Below are positions 26,833 through 35,470 of a stretch of 64,000 nucleotides of DNA, piece by piece. The notes under the pieces are model-generated. The model did not search any database. It was given only the letters and a program-made list of their open reading frames with translations, and was not told the DNA's origin. The stretch's first letter is position 1. Each line of letters begins with the position of its first letter. The position numbers were made by a program, and so were the translations under genes. Source of the stretch: an uncultured Candidatus Rokubacteria bacterium (GTDB lineage Bacteria; Methylomirabilota; Methylomirabilia; Rokubacteriales; DASRDR01); assembly GCA_963826115.1 (NCBI GenBank), contig CAWGVS010000010.1, forward strand, positions 448,001-512,000, written 5' to 3'.

Positions 26833-28530
26833 ATGATTGAGTGGTTCTTCGCGACGCTACGTCAGTACCCGGAGATCGCGATCTTCCTCTCGCTCGGTCT
26901 CGGGTACTACTTCGGCAAGTTCACCTTCAAGGGCATCGGCCTGGGGTCCGTCACCGCGACCCTGCTGGCCGCCGTCGTGATCGGGCAGCTCGGGATCACG
27001 GTCAACCAGCCCCTGAAGGCGTTTGCCTTCCTGATGTTCCTGTTCGCGGTCGGCTACGGGGTCGGGCCGCAGTTCGTCCGCGGCGTGGCCAAGGATGGCT
27101 TGCCGCAGGCGCTCTACGCGGTGGTCGTGTGCGTGCTGTGCCTGGGTTCGGCGGTGGGTGTCGCCAAGCTGGCCGGCTACGACCTCGGGTACGCGGCCGG
27201 GCTGTACGCGGGATCGCAAACCATCTCGGCCTCGATGGGCCTCGCCACCGACGCGATCAACCGGCTGGGTCTGGCCGCCGAGCAGACCAAGGCGATGCTC
27301 GACGGGATGCCAATCGCCTACGCCGTGAGCTACATGTTCGGCACGGTCGGCTCGGCGATCGTGATCGCGCTGGTCGGGCCGGCGCTGCTGCGCATCGATC
27401 TCCGCGCCGCGGCCAAGGATTACGAGCAGAAGTTTGGCGGCGGCTCCAAGGAGCTTGGCGGGGCGGGCTCGGCCTGGCATCGCTGGGAGTTGCGAGCCTT
27501 CCGGGTACGGGCGGGCGGGAAGGCCGTCGGCCTCCGGGCCGTCGAGGCCGAGGCCCTGGTGCCCAATGCGCGGGTCTTCGTCGAGCGCATCCGACGCAGC
27601 AACGGGACGATCGAGGACGCCACCGCCGACACCGTGATCCGCGAGGGAGACGTGCTGGCGGTCGTCGGGCCGCGCGAGGTCCTCGTCAAGGTGATCGGGG
27701 AGAACGCCCAGGAGGTCGACGACGCCGAGCTGCTGCACGTCCCGGTCGAGGGCGTCGACGTGTACGTGACCGAGAAGGCCGTCGACGGCAAGACGCTCGC
27801 GGAGGTGGCCAAGCTGCCCGAGGCGCGGGGCGTCTTTCTGCGCCGGATCTCGCGGGGGGCGACCTCCACCGAGATCCCCATCCTGCCCAGCACCACGATC
27901 CAGCGCGGCGACATCTTCAACATCGTAGGCCGCACGCAGGACATCAGCGCCATCACCAAGCGCCTGGGTGTGCCCGATCGGGCGACCGACGTCGCCGACG
28001 TCGCGTTCATCGGATTTGCGGTCACGATCGGCGCGCTGATCGGGGCGCTGGTCTTGACGGTCGGCGGGGTGCCGCTGACGCTGTCCACCGCCGGCGGCGC
28101 CCTCATCTCGGGGCTCGTGTTCGGCTGGCTGCGCTCGACGCGCCCGTTCTTTGGGCGCATCCCGTCGTCCACCGTGTGGTTCATGAACTCGGTCGGGCTC
28201 AACATCTTCATCGCCATCGTCGGTATCTCGGCTGGCCCGGGGTTCGTCAACGGCCTCAAGACGCAGGGCGTCAGCCTGTTCCTGTGGGGCATGGTGGCGA
28301 CGACGGTGCCGCTGATCCTCAGCATGTACATCGGCAAGTACATGTTCCGCTTCCACGACGCCATCCTGCTCGGGGCCGTCTCCGGCGCGCGGACCACGAC
28401 GGCCTCCCTTGGCATGGTTTGCGACCTCGCGGAGAGTCAGGTGCCCGCGCTCGGCTACACCGTCACGTACGCCATCGGCAACACGCTGCTCACGATCTGG
28501 GGTATGGTCCTCATCATCCTGCTGTCGTGA
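26833..28530 (+). CDS. aspT: aspartate:alanine antiporter (AAE family), copy 1
   Basis: [21 protein letters not shown], two TrkA_C-like loops, [10 protein letters not shown]; adjacent to aspD. Confidence 0.9.
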   Translation: MIEWFFATLRQYPEIAIFLSLGLGYYFGKFTFKGIGLGSVTATLLAAVVIGQLGITVNQPLKAFAFLMFLFAVGYGVGPQFVRGVAKDGLPQALYAVVVCVLCLGSAVGVAKLAGYDLGYAAGLYAGSQTISASMGLATDAINRLGLAAEQTKAMLDGMPIAYAVSYMFGTVGSAIVIALVGPALLRIDLRAAAKDYEQKFGGGSKELGGAGSAWHRWELRAFRVRAGGKAVGLRAVEAEALVPNARVFVERIRRSNGTIEDATADTVIREGDVLAVVGPREVLVKVIGENAQEVDDAELLHVPVEGVDVYVTEKAVDGKTLAEVAKLPEARGVFLRRISRGATSTEIPILPSTTIQRGDIFNIVGRTQDISAITKRLGVPDRATDVADVAFIGFAVTIGALIGALVLTVGGVPLTLSTAGGALISGLVFGWLRSTRPFFGRIPSSTVWFMNSVGLNIFIAIVGISAGPGFVNGLKTQGVSLFLWGMVATTVPLILSMYIGKYMFRFHDAILLGAVSGARTTTASLGMVCDLAESQVPALGYTVTYAIGNTLLTIWGMVLIILLS

Positions 28531-28652
28531 CGCCATGAACCTCGTGACGCTGCGCCAGCAGTGCGCGCTTCCGAGCGCTGAGCCCCTTCGATCGGCGGGA
28601 TACGCTCATCGCGCCGGCCGCTAACAACGCCAAGCTCATAAGGAACCGTCAA

Positions 28653-30299
28653 ATGGAAGACATGAGGCTCAAGCAGTACGAGAAGCTGGGTCCGTTCGAG
28701 ATCAAGGACTTCCTCGCCAAGGTCGCGTCGAAGGCCGCGCAGGAGGCGTCCATCTCGTATCTGAACGCCGGGCGTGGCAACCCGAACTGGGTCGCCACCG
28801 AGCCGCGCGAAGCGTTCTTCCTGCTCGGGCAGTTCGCGGTCACCGAGAGCAAGCGCGTGCTCGACCTGCCGCCGGGCGTGGGTGGCATGCCCAAGGCATC
28901 GGGCGTTGCCGGCCGGCTTGAAGCCTGGCTGAAGAAGCACAACGACATGCCGGGCGCCGACTTTCTGCAGGCGATGGTTCCGTGGGCGGTCAAGAAGTTC
29001 GGTTTTGACGCCGACAAGTTCGTGCACGAGCTGGTGGATTCCATCATCGGCGACCACTATCCGGTGCCGGACCGCATGCTGGTGCACAACGAGCAGGTCG
29101 TCCACGAGTACCTGCAGTGGGCGATGTGCGGGAACCCGCGGCCGAAAGGCAAGTTCAAGATCTACGCGGTCGAGGGCGGCACCGCCGCCATGTGCTACAT
29201 CTTCAAGTCGCTGAAGAGCAACCGGATACTCAACCCCGGCGACACGATTGCGCTCGGCGTGCCGATCTTCACTCCGTACCTCGAGATGGCGCACCTCGAG
29301 GACTACGACCTCAAGTTCGTCGAGGTGCACGCCAAGCAGGAGGACCGATTTCAGTACTCGGATGAAGAGATCAAGAAGCTCCTCGACCCGAAGATCAAGG
29401 CGTTCTTCATCGTCAACCCCGGCAACCCGTTCGCCGTGGCGCTTTCACTCGACACGATCAAGAAGATCGGGGCCGTTCTCAAAAAGCGGCCGGACCTCAT
29501 CCTGCTGACGGACGACGTCTACGGCACCTTCGTGCCGGGCTTCCGTTCGCTGATGGGGGAGTTCCCGAAGAACACCATCGGCGTCTACTCGTACAGCAAG
29601 TACTTCGGCTGCACCGGCTGGCGCCTGGGCACGATCGCGGTCCATGAGGACAATATCTTCGACGAGATGATCGCCCGCCATCCCGAGCCCACCAAGAAGC
29701 TGCTGGACAAGCGTTACGGCACGCTCACGCTCGAGCCCCGCAAGCTCGCCTTCATCGACCGCATCGTGGCGGACAGCCGCGACGTCGCGCTGAATCATAC
29801 GGCCGGCCTGTCGCTTCCCCAGCAGGTCATGATGTCGCTGTTCTCGCTGAGCGAGCTGATGGACGAAAAGAAGGCCTATCAGAAGGCCTGCATCGGCATC
29901 GTCAAGAAGCGGGTCGAGGCGACAATCGAGGGGCTGGGCATCGAAGTCAGCCCGAACGAGCTGTTCGACTACTATTATGGTCTGATCGACTTCGAGTTCT
30001 GGGCCCGCAAGTACTTGGACGAGGACATGGTCAAGTGGATGAAGGCGAACGTGCATCCGCTCGACATCGTGTTCCGGCTGGCCGAGGACCATGGCATCGT
30101 CCTGCTCAACGGTAGCGGCTTTGCCGCTCCGGACTGGTCGGTGCGCATATCGTTCGCGAACCTGGAGGATCACGTCTACGACGACATCGGCCGGGCGGTT
30201 CGCGCCATCGCGCGCGGATACAATCAGGCCTATCAGGCCGCCACGGGCAAGGGCGGCAAGTCGGCTGGGCCCACGGCTCGTAAGCGGGAAGTTCGGTAA
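28653..30299 (+). CDS. aspD: L-aspartate beta(4)-decarboxylase
   Basis: PFEIKD, LNAGRGNPNW, EGGTAAM, TDDVYGTF, YSYSKYFG.TGWRLG and DSRDVALNHTAGLS motifs. Confidence 0.95.
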   Translation: MEDMRLKQYEKLGPFEIKDFLAKVASKAAQEASISYLNAGRGNPNWVATEPREAFFLLGQFAVTESKRVLDLPPGVGGMPKASGVAGRLEAWLKKHNDMPGADFLQAMVPWAVKKFGFDADKFVHELVDSIIGDHYPVPDRMLVHNEQVVHEYLQWAMCGNPRPKGKFKIYAVEGGTAAMCYIFKSLKSNRILNPGDTIALGVPIFTPYLEMAHLEDYDLKFVEVHAKQEDRFQYSDEEIKKLLDPKIKAFFIVNPGNPFAVALSLDTIKKIGAVLKKRPDLILLTDDVYGTFVPGFRSLMGEFPKNTIGVYSYSKYFGCTGWRLGTIAVHEDNIFDEMIARHPEPTKKLLDKRYGTLTLEPRKLAFIDRIVADSRDVALNHTAGLSLPQQVMMSLFSLSELMDEKKAYQKACIGIVKKRVEATIEGLGIEVSPNELFDYYYGLIDFEFWARKYLDEDMVKWMKANVHPLDIVFRLAEDHGIVLLNGSGFAAPDWSVRISFANLEDHVYDDIGRAVRAIARGYNQAYQAATGKGGKSAGPTARKREVR

Positions 30300-30375
30300 A
30301 GAGGGCATGTCATGTCCGCCCTGCGACCACCCGGTTCATGTTGCCTGTCGTCTGACTCGGAGGAGGAGCTGGAAG

Positions 30376-30480
30376 ATGACCTTGGGACTGACCGCATCGG
30401 AGGCGCCCGATCTCACGACGATCCGGGTTGCCGGATACTTCGGAGACGCGACGGCGGTGTACAGCAGGGGAAAGCGATGA
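30376..30480 (+). pseudogene. truncated paralog of the STAS-like gene at 22159 (34 codons)
   Basis: Strong RBS GGAGGAGG. MTLGLTASEAPDLTTIRVAGYFGD aligns without gaps to MGFRLIMCESADLTTIRAVGRLRD. Stop overlaps the next ATG (ATGA). Confidence 0.55.
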
Positions 30481-31100
30481 AGACACTTGTTGTCGGGTTG
30501 CTGATGAGTGCGCTTGCCCCGGGGGTCGCATTCGGCGGGAGTCCCGCAACGCCTCCCGTCCTCGCGCAGGCCACGGCGCCGGCGGCCAAGCCGGCCAGCC
30601 CGGCGCCCGCCATGCCGAAGGGTCAGGAGGCCGCCGTCGTCACGCTTCGCGGCACCGTGGAGGCCATCGACAAGGAGAAGCAGACGGTCACCATCAAGGG
30701 GCCGAATCGGACCCTGACGGTTCGGGTCCAGGACCCGAAGAAGCTCGAGGCGATCAAGGTAGGTGACCCGGTGGTGGGGAAGTACTACGAGGCGATCGCC
30801 TTCGAGGTGAAGAAGCCCGGCACGGCGACCCCGGGCGTGACCGCGCAGCAGGCCATGGGCACGTCGAAGCCCGGCCAGACCCCGGCCGGTGCCGTCGCCG
30901 AGCAGGTGACCATCACCGCGACCATCACGGCCATCGACAAGAAGGCGCACACGGTCACCATCAAAGGCCCGGAAGGGAACAGCGAGACCGTCAAGGCGCG
31001 AAACCCGAAGAACCTGGACGTGGTGAACGTGGGCGATCTCGTCGAGATCACCTACACGCGCGCCCTGGCCATCGCGCTCGACAAGTCGACCAAGAAGTGA
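30477..31100 (+). CDS. secreted protein with two repeated OB-fold-like modules
   Basis: Signal peptide; repeats TVEAIDKEKQTVTIKGP...IKVGD and TITAIDKKAHTVTIKGP...VNVGD. Confidence 0.8.
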   Translation: MKTLVVGLLMSALAPGVAFGGSPATPPVLAQATAPAAKPASPAPAMPKGQEAAVVTLRGTVEAIDKEKQTVTIKGPNRTLTVRVQDPKKLEAIKVGDPVVGKYYEAIAFEVKKPGTATPGVTAQQAMGTSKPGQTPAGAVAEQVTITATITAIDKKAHTVTIKGPEGNSETVKARNPKNLDVVNVGDLVEITYTRALAIALDKSTKK

Positions 31101-31159
31101 CCGACTCTCCCGAGCGGTTGGATGGCGCGCGGCAAGGCGATCGCGAAACAGGAGCGAGC

Positions 31160-31630
31160 ATGCTAGGACGCAGGCGAGCGGCCCGGGTTCTCGTGGCGAT
31201 CGTCGCTCCTCTGATGATCTTGATCGGGGGAGGCTGCGCGACGTCGATCAACCATTCCTACGACCCGTCGACGAGCTTCGGACCCCTCAAGAGCTACGCG
31301 TGGGCGCCCGGATCCGTGGCCTACTCGCAGAGCGGCCTCGTCGAGGCGAACGTTCAGTTTGTGGCCGATCCGATCTTGGCGAAGAAGGGATTCACCAGAG
31401 CGACGACCGCCCCTGACTTCGTCATCCTGGTCAGGATCGAGAACTACCCGGTCGGCAGCTCCGAAGGCTACGAGCTCAGGATACTGGATCTGAACGTGTA
31501 TCGACCCGACGGTCGCACGCTGATCTGGCGGGGGACCGCGTCCGGCTCCATCAGCACCGACGCGGCGTCCGGTGACCTGAGCAAGGCGGTCGAGGGCATT
31601 CTGGCCGCCTTTCCCCCGAAGTCGAAGTAG
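31160..31630 (+). CDS. DUF4136-like lipoprotein
   Basis: AGGAG RBS; lipobox GGGC; SYDP..F..LKSYAW, LIWRGTA and ILAAFPP. Confidence 0.7.
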   Translation: MLGRRRAARVLVAIVAPLMILIGGGCATSINHSYDPSTSFGPLKSYAWAPGSVAYSQSGLVEANVQFVADPILAKKGFTRATTAPDFVILVRIENYPVGSSEGYELRILDLNVYRPDGRTLIWRGTASGSISTDAASGDLSKAVEGILAAFPPKSK

Positions 31631-31761
31631 GTGACCGTCGGTGGGACGGGGTGCCCGCGCGGCGCGCCCCGGCCCGGCCGTCGGATCTCGAGTGGTGGTC
31701 CGGCTGTGGCAGCGATGCCGCCTTTGAAGAGGGCCAGACAGAGGACAAGGGGGGTCAACGT

Positions 31762-33456
31762 ATGAGCTGGTTCGTCGAGGGCCTGCGGCACAATCCCGAG
31801 CTGGCGATCTTCCTCACCCTGGCTCTGGGCTTCTTCATCGGCAAGCTCAAGATCGGGGGCTTCAGCTTCGGCACCGTGGTGGGTACGCTGCTGGCGGGCG
31901 TCCTCGTGGGCCAGCTCAGCATCCAGGTCCCCGGGATCGTCAAGACCGTCTTCTTCGATCTGTTCCTCTTCACGACCGGCTACAAGGTCGGGCCCCAGTT
32001 CTTCCGGGGCCTGAAGAAGGACGCCGTCCCGCAGGTCCTGCTCACCGTGGTCCTCTGCGTGACGTGTCTCGTGGCTGCCTTCCTCGCGTCGAAGGTCCTC
32101 GGGTACGACATGGGGACGGCGGCGGGGCTCCTGGCCGGCGCGTTCTCGGAGTCCACGGTGATCGGGACCGCCGGCGACGCCATCAATCGCCTGCCGGGGC
32201 TCTCGGCCGAGGAGCGGACCCAACTGGTCAACAACATCCCCGTCGCGTACGCGGTCACGTACCTGGTCGGCACGGCGGTCCTGGTGTGGTTCCTCCCCAC
32301 AATCGGCCCCAAGCTGATCGGCGTGAACCTCCGGGACGAGGCCAAGAAGATGCAAGCGCAGGGGGCGGGCGCGGTGGAGGCCGAGCCCGGAGTCGTCTCG
32401 GCGGCCCGCCGCTTCGACGTCCGCTCCTACCGCGTGACCAACGACAACATCGTCGGCAAGACCATCGCGGAGCTCGAGGCGCTGCCCAGGGACGTCCGCT
32501 TCTTCATCCTCCGGATCCGTCGGCAGGGCCAGTTCCTCGAGGGTGAGCGGACCACGAAGATCCAGCGGGATGACGTCGTCGCGGTGGTCACGCGCATGGA
32601 TGTCCATGTGGACCGGGGCGGCGTGATCGGACCGGAGATCCACGACCGGGAGCTGCTCGACATCCCGATCGAGGTGCTCGACGTGGTGGTCACGAGCAAG
32701 GGCGTCGCCGGCAAAAGCCTGGCCGAGCTGGCGCGGGGCGAGTTCGCCCGCGGGGTCTTCCTGCAGAAGCTCGCCCGGGCCGGGGTGGAGATGCCGGTCG
32801 CCCCGGAGACCCGCGTCGACCGGGGCGACGTGGTGACGCTGATCGGCCCGAAGCCCGCGGTCGAGCAGGCGGTCACGGTGATCGGGTATCCCGACCGCCC
32901 CACTCACGCCACGGACATGATCTTCGTCGGCACCGGCATCGTGCTGGGCGGCTTCGTCGGCCTCCTGTCGGTGGTCATCGCGGGGGTGCCGATCACGCTC
33001 ACCGCCAGCGGCGGCGCGCTGATCATGGGGCTCGTGTTCGGGTGGCTCCGCTCCGTGCGGCCCTTCTTCGGGCGCATTCCCGAGGCGGCGATCTGGATTT
33101 TCGACACCGTGGGCCTCTGCGTCTTCATCGGCGTCGTCGGGATCACGGCGGGCCCGGGCTTCGTGACCGGCCTCCAGAAGACGGGCGTGAGCCTGGTCAT
33201 CGTGGGCCTCATCTGCTCCTTGACCCCGCACATCGTGTCGATCCTGTTCGGGCGGTACGTGCTGCGCATGAACCCCCTCATCCTCCTGGGCGCCTGCGCC
33301 GGCGCCGGCACGATCACGGCCGCCCTGCGCGCCCTCCAGGACGAGTCGCAGAGCAAGGTGCCGGCCCTCGGCTACACCGTGCCATACGCCGTCGGGAACA
33401 TCCTGCTCACCGCCTGGGGACCGGTCCTCGTGGCCATGATGGCGGGGAGCCGCTAG
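31762..33456 (+). CDS. aspT: aspartate:alanine antiporter family, copy 2
   Basis: PELAIFLTLALG, GYKVGPQF, YAVTYLVGT and GYTVPYAVGN; same architecture as copy 1. Confidence 0.88.
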   Translation: MSWFVEGLRHNPELAIFLTLALGFFIGKLKIGGFSFGTVVGTLLAGVLVGQLSIQVPGIVKTVFFDLFLFTTGYKVGPQFFRGLKKDAVPQVLLTVVLCVTCLVAAFLASKVLGYDMGTAAGLLAGAFSESTVIGTAGDAINRLPGLSAEERTQLVNNIPVAYAVTYLVGTAVLVWFLPTIGPKLIGVNLRDEAKKMQAQGAGAVEAEPGVVSAARRFDVRSYRVTNDNIVGKTIAELEALPRDVRFFILRIRRQGQFLEGERTTKIQRDDVVAVVTRMDVHVDRGGVIGPEIHDRELLDIPIEVLDVVVTSKGVAGKSLAELARGEFARGVFLQKLARAGVEMPVAPETRVDRGDVVTLIGPKPAVEQAVTVIGYPDRPTHATDMIFVGTGIVLGGFVGLLSVVIAGVPITLTASGGALIMGLVFGWLRSVRPFFGRIPEAAIWIFDTVGLCVFIGVVGITAGPGFVTGLQKTGVSLVIVGLICSLTPHIVSILFGRYVLRMNPLILLGACAGAGTITAALRALQDESQSKVPALGYTVPYAVGNILLTAWGPVLVAMMAGSR

Positions 33457-33618
33457 CGGTGTGTCCGAGTAACCCCCGTCCAGGTCATTCCGATGAAATC
33501 ACGATCCCGCATGTGGCTCAGCGTCGAAGATCTCGATGCGGATGACGGTTTGACGTCTCCCCGAAGCGGCGCCCGAATCACTGTTGGAACGCACTCCTAG
33601 CGGACCGGATCCCGGGCA

Positions 33619-34170
33619 GTGGAGGCAGTGGTCGTGGCGGAGGTCCCGGAGATCGGTCCATCGGTTTCCCGTGGTGCGGAGGCCCTGGGCGGTCGCCTCA
33701 CCCTGACGCTCGCCGGCCTCACGGTGCTCGTGCTGGCGCTGTCGGTCCCCGATTCCCTGCGTGAGGCCTGGGAGCGCGGGGGCTTCTATCTCTTCTCCCA
33801 CGCCTTCCTGGAGGACCTGCCAAAGCGGCTGACGGGCCCTGGCCGCTTCCGCTTCGTTCTCCAGCCGCTGATCGCCATCATTCTCGGGGTCCGCGGCGGC
33901 CGGGCCGACGCGCGGGCGGGCCGGCCGCCATACCTGCTGGGGCTCGTAACCGATCGCGAGCGCCGTCGCGACCTCGGGCGGGCCGGCCTCGGAGCGATCG
34001 TCAATCTCGTGCTCATGGGCATCCTGCTCGATTCCGTCTTCCAGTGGCTGATCCTCGGCCAATCGTATCCGGGCGCGGCGCTGGTGGTGGGCCCGGTCCT
34101 GATCACGACGCCCTACGCCGTCGCCCGCGCGCTGGCGAACCGCGCGACGCGCGCGAGCGCGCCGCGGTGA
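33619..34170 (+). CDS. hypothetical membrane protein
   Basis: About 4 TM helices; GPGRFRFVLQPLIA; start uncertain. Confidence 0.7.
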   Translation: MEAVVVAEVPEIGPSVSRGAEALGGRLTLTLAGLTVLVLALSVPDSLREAWERGGFYLFSHAFLEDLPKRLTGPGRFRFVLQPLIAIILGVRGGRADARAGRPPYLLGLVTDRERRRDLGRAGLGAIVNLVLMGILLDSVFQWLILGQSYPGAALVVGPVLITTPYAVARALANRATRASAPR

Positions 34171-34213
34171 GCCGGGAGACGGGCTCGACGCTTCGACGAC
34201 CCGGAGGAACGCA

Positions 34214-34906
34214 ATGAACCGATGGACGAACGCAGCGGTGGCTGCGGTCATCGCGGCGCTCGTGCTGGGCGGCGCGCCGGCGCGGGCGGACGACGCGCTC
34301 GACGCGCGACAGACGGTCGAGCGGGCCAAGCTCACGGTGGAGACGTTCCAGACGGACCCGAACATGGGCGCGCTGCGTGACCTCGCGAAGAAGGCCAAGG
34401 GGATGCTCATCATGCCCCAGATGCTCCGCGGCGCGTTCATCGTCGGAGGGTCGGGCGGCACCGGCGTGCTGGTCGCGCGGGGGGACAAGCCCGGCGAGTG
34501 GCGCGGTCCGACGTTCCACACCCTCGGCGGCGCGAGCTTCGGCTTCCAGGCGGGCGTCGACGCGGCCGAGGTGATCATCCTCACGATGACCGAGCGCGGG
34601 GTGACGAAGCTCCTGAGCCCCCAGGTGAAGCTCGGGGCCGACATCAGCGTCGCGGCGGGCCCGGTCGGGGCCGGCACTTCGGCGGGGACGGCGGGGCTGA
34701 GCGTCGACCTCCTCAGCTACTCCGTGTCCAAGGGGCTCTACGGCGGGTTCTCGGTCGACGGCTCGGTGGCCGGGGTGCGCACGGCGCTGAATCACGCGTA
34801 CTACGGCAAGCCCGTGAGCCCGGCGGACATCCTCGTGAAGGGCGCGGTCAGGAACCCGCAGGCGGGTCCGCTGCTCGAGGCGGTCGCCAAGCTGGCTGGG
34901 CGCTAG
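34214..34906 (+). CDS. lipid-binding SYLF/Ysc84-domain secreted protein
   Basis: Signal peptide; AFIVGGSGGTGV, GASFGFQAG, LGADISVAAGPVG, SKGLYGG and N.AYYG motifs. Confidence 0.88.
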   Translation: MNRWTNAAVAAVIAALVLGGAPARADDALDARQTVERAKLTVETFQTDPNMGALRDLAKKAKGMLIMPQMLRGAFIVGGSGGTGVLVARGDKPGEWRGPTFHTLGGASFGFQAGVDAAEVIILTMTERGVTKLLSPQVKLGADISVAAGPVGAGTSAGTAGLSVDLLSYSVSKGLYGGFSVDGSVAGVRTALNHAYYGKPVSPADILVKGAVRNPQAGPLLEAVAKLAGR

Positions 34907-34908
34907 AC

Positions 34909-35445
34909 ATGACCGGCCGACGCGGCCTCGGCGCGGTTCTGCTCGCGGTCCTCATCGGCGCCGCCGCGCTCGCTGTCGGCGTGGGGGCCGAGGAGCGGAC
35001 GGTCAACGCGACCTCGGCGTGGGAAGGCCGGGCGCGGGTCTTCGTCACCGGGCCCCGGCACGGGTTCATGCTGGGCGTGTTCGCCGGGCTCCTGACCGTC
35101 GAGGGCGGGGCGGATCCCCTCCAGGGCGCGCGGATCGCGTGTCCGGGGGCGGTCGACGCGGACTACGGCGCGAACACGCAACGAGGCGAGGGACGCTGCG
35201 TCGTGACGACCGGGACCGGGGATCGCCTGTTCGCGCGGTGGACCTGCGCGGGCGAGCCGGACAAGGGCTGTGCCGGGCGGCTCGTCCTGACGGGCGGCAC
35301 GGGGGCGTACCAGGGGGTGACCGGGGAGGGGGAGATGACGGTCCGCCTCGTCCTTTCGAACCTCCTCAACTTCGAGCGACTGGAAGCCGAGTACGACCTG
35401 GCAGGAGTGGTCGCCTGGTCGAAGCTCCGATACCGCACGCCCTGA
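34909..35445 (+). CDS. secreted hypothetical protein (beta-rich, 4 Cys)
   Basis: ATG 34909; signal peptide; LTGGTGAYQGVTGEG motif. Confidence 0.7.
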   Translation: MTGRRGLGAVLLAVLIGAAALAVGVGAEERTVNATSAWEGRARVFVTGPRHGFMLGVFAGLLTVEGGADPLQGARIACPGAVDADYGANTQRGEGRCVVTTGTGDRLFARWTCAGEPDKGCAGRLVLTGGTGAYQGVTGEGEMTVRLVLSNLLNFERLEAEYDLAGVVAWSKLRYRTP

Positions 35446-35470
35446 CGGCGGCGGCAGAAGGGGAAGGGGC

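Noticed and set aside
28600-28650. CTAAC motif suggesting an integron attC site
   Set aside because: No matching GTTRRRY end or palindromic arms, and no integrase.
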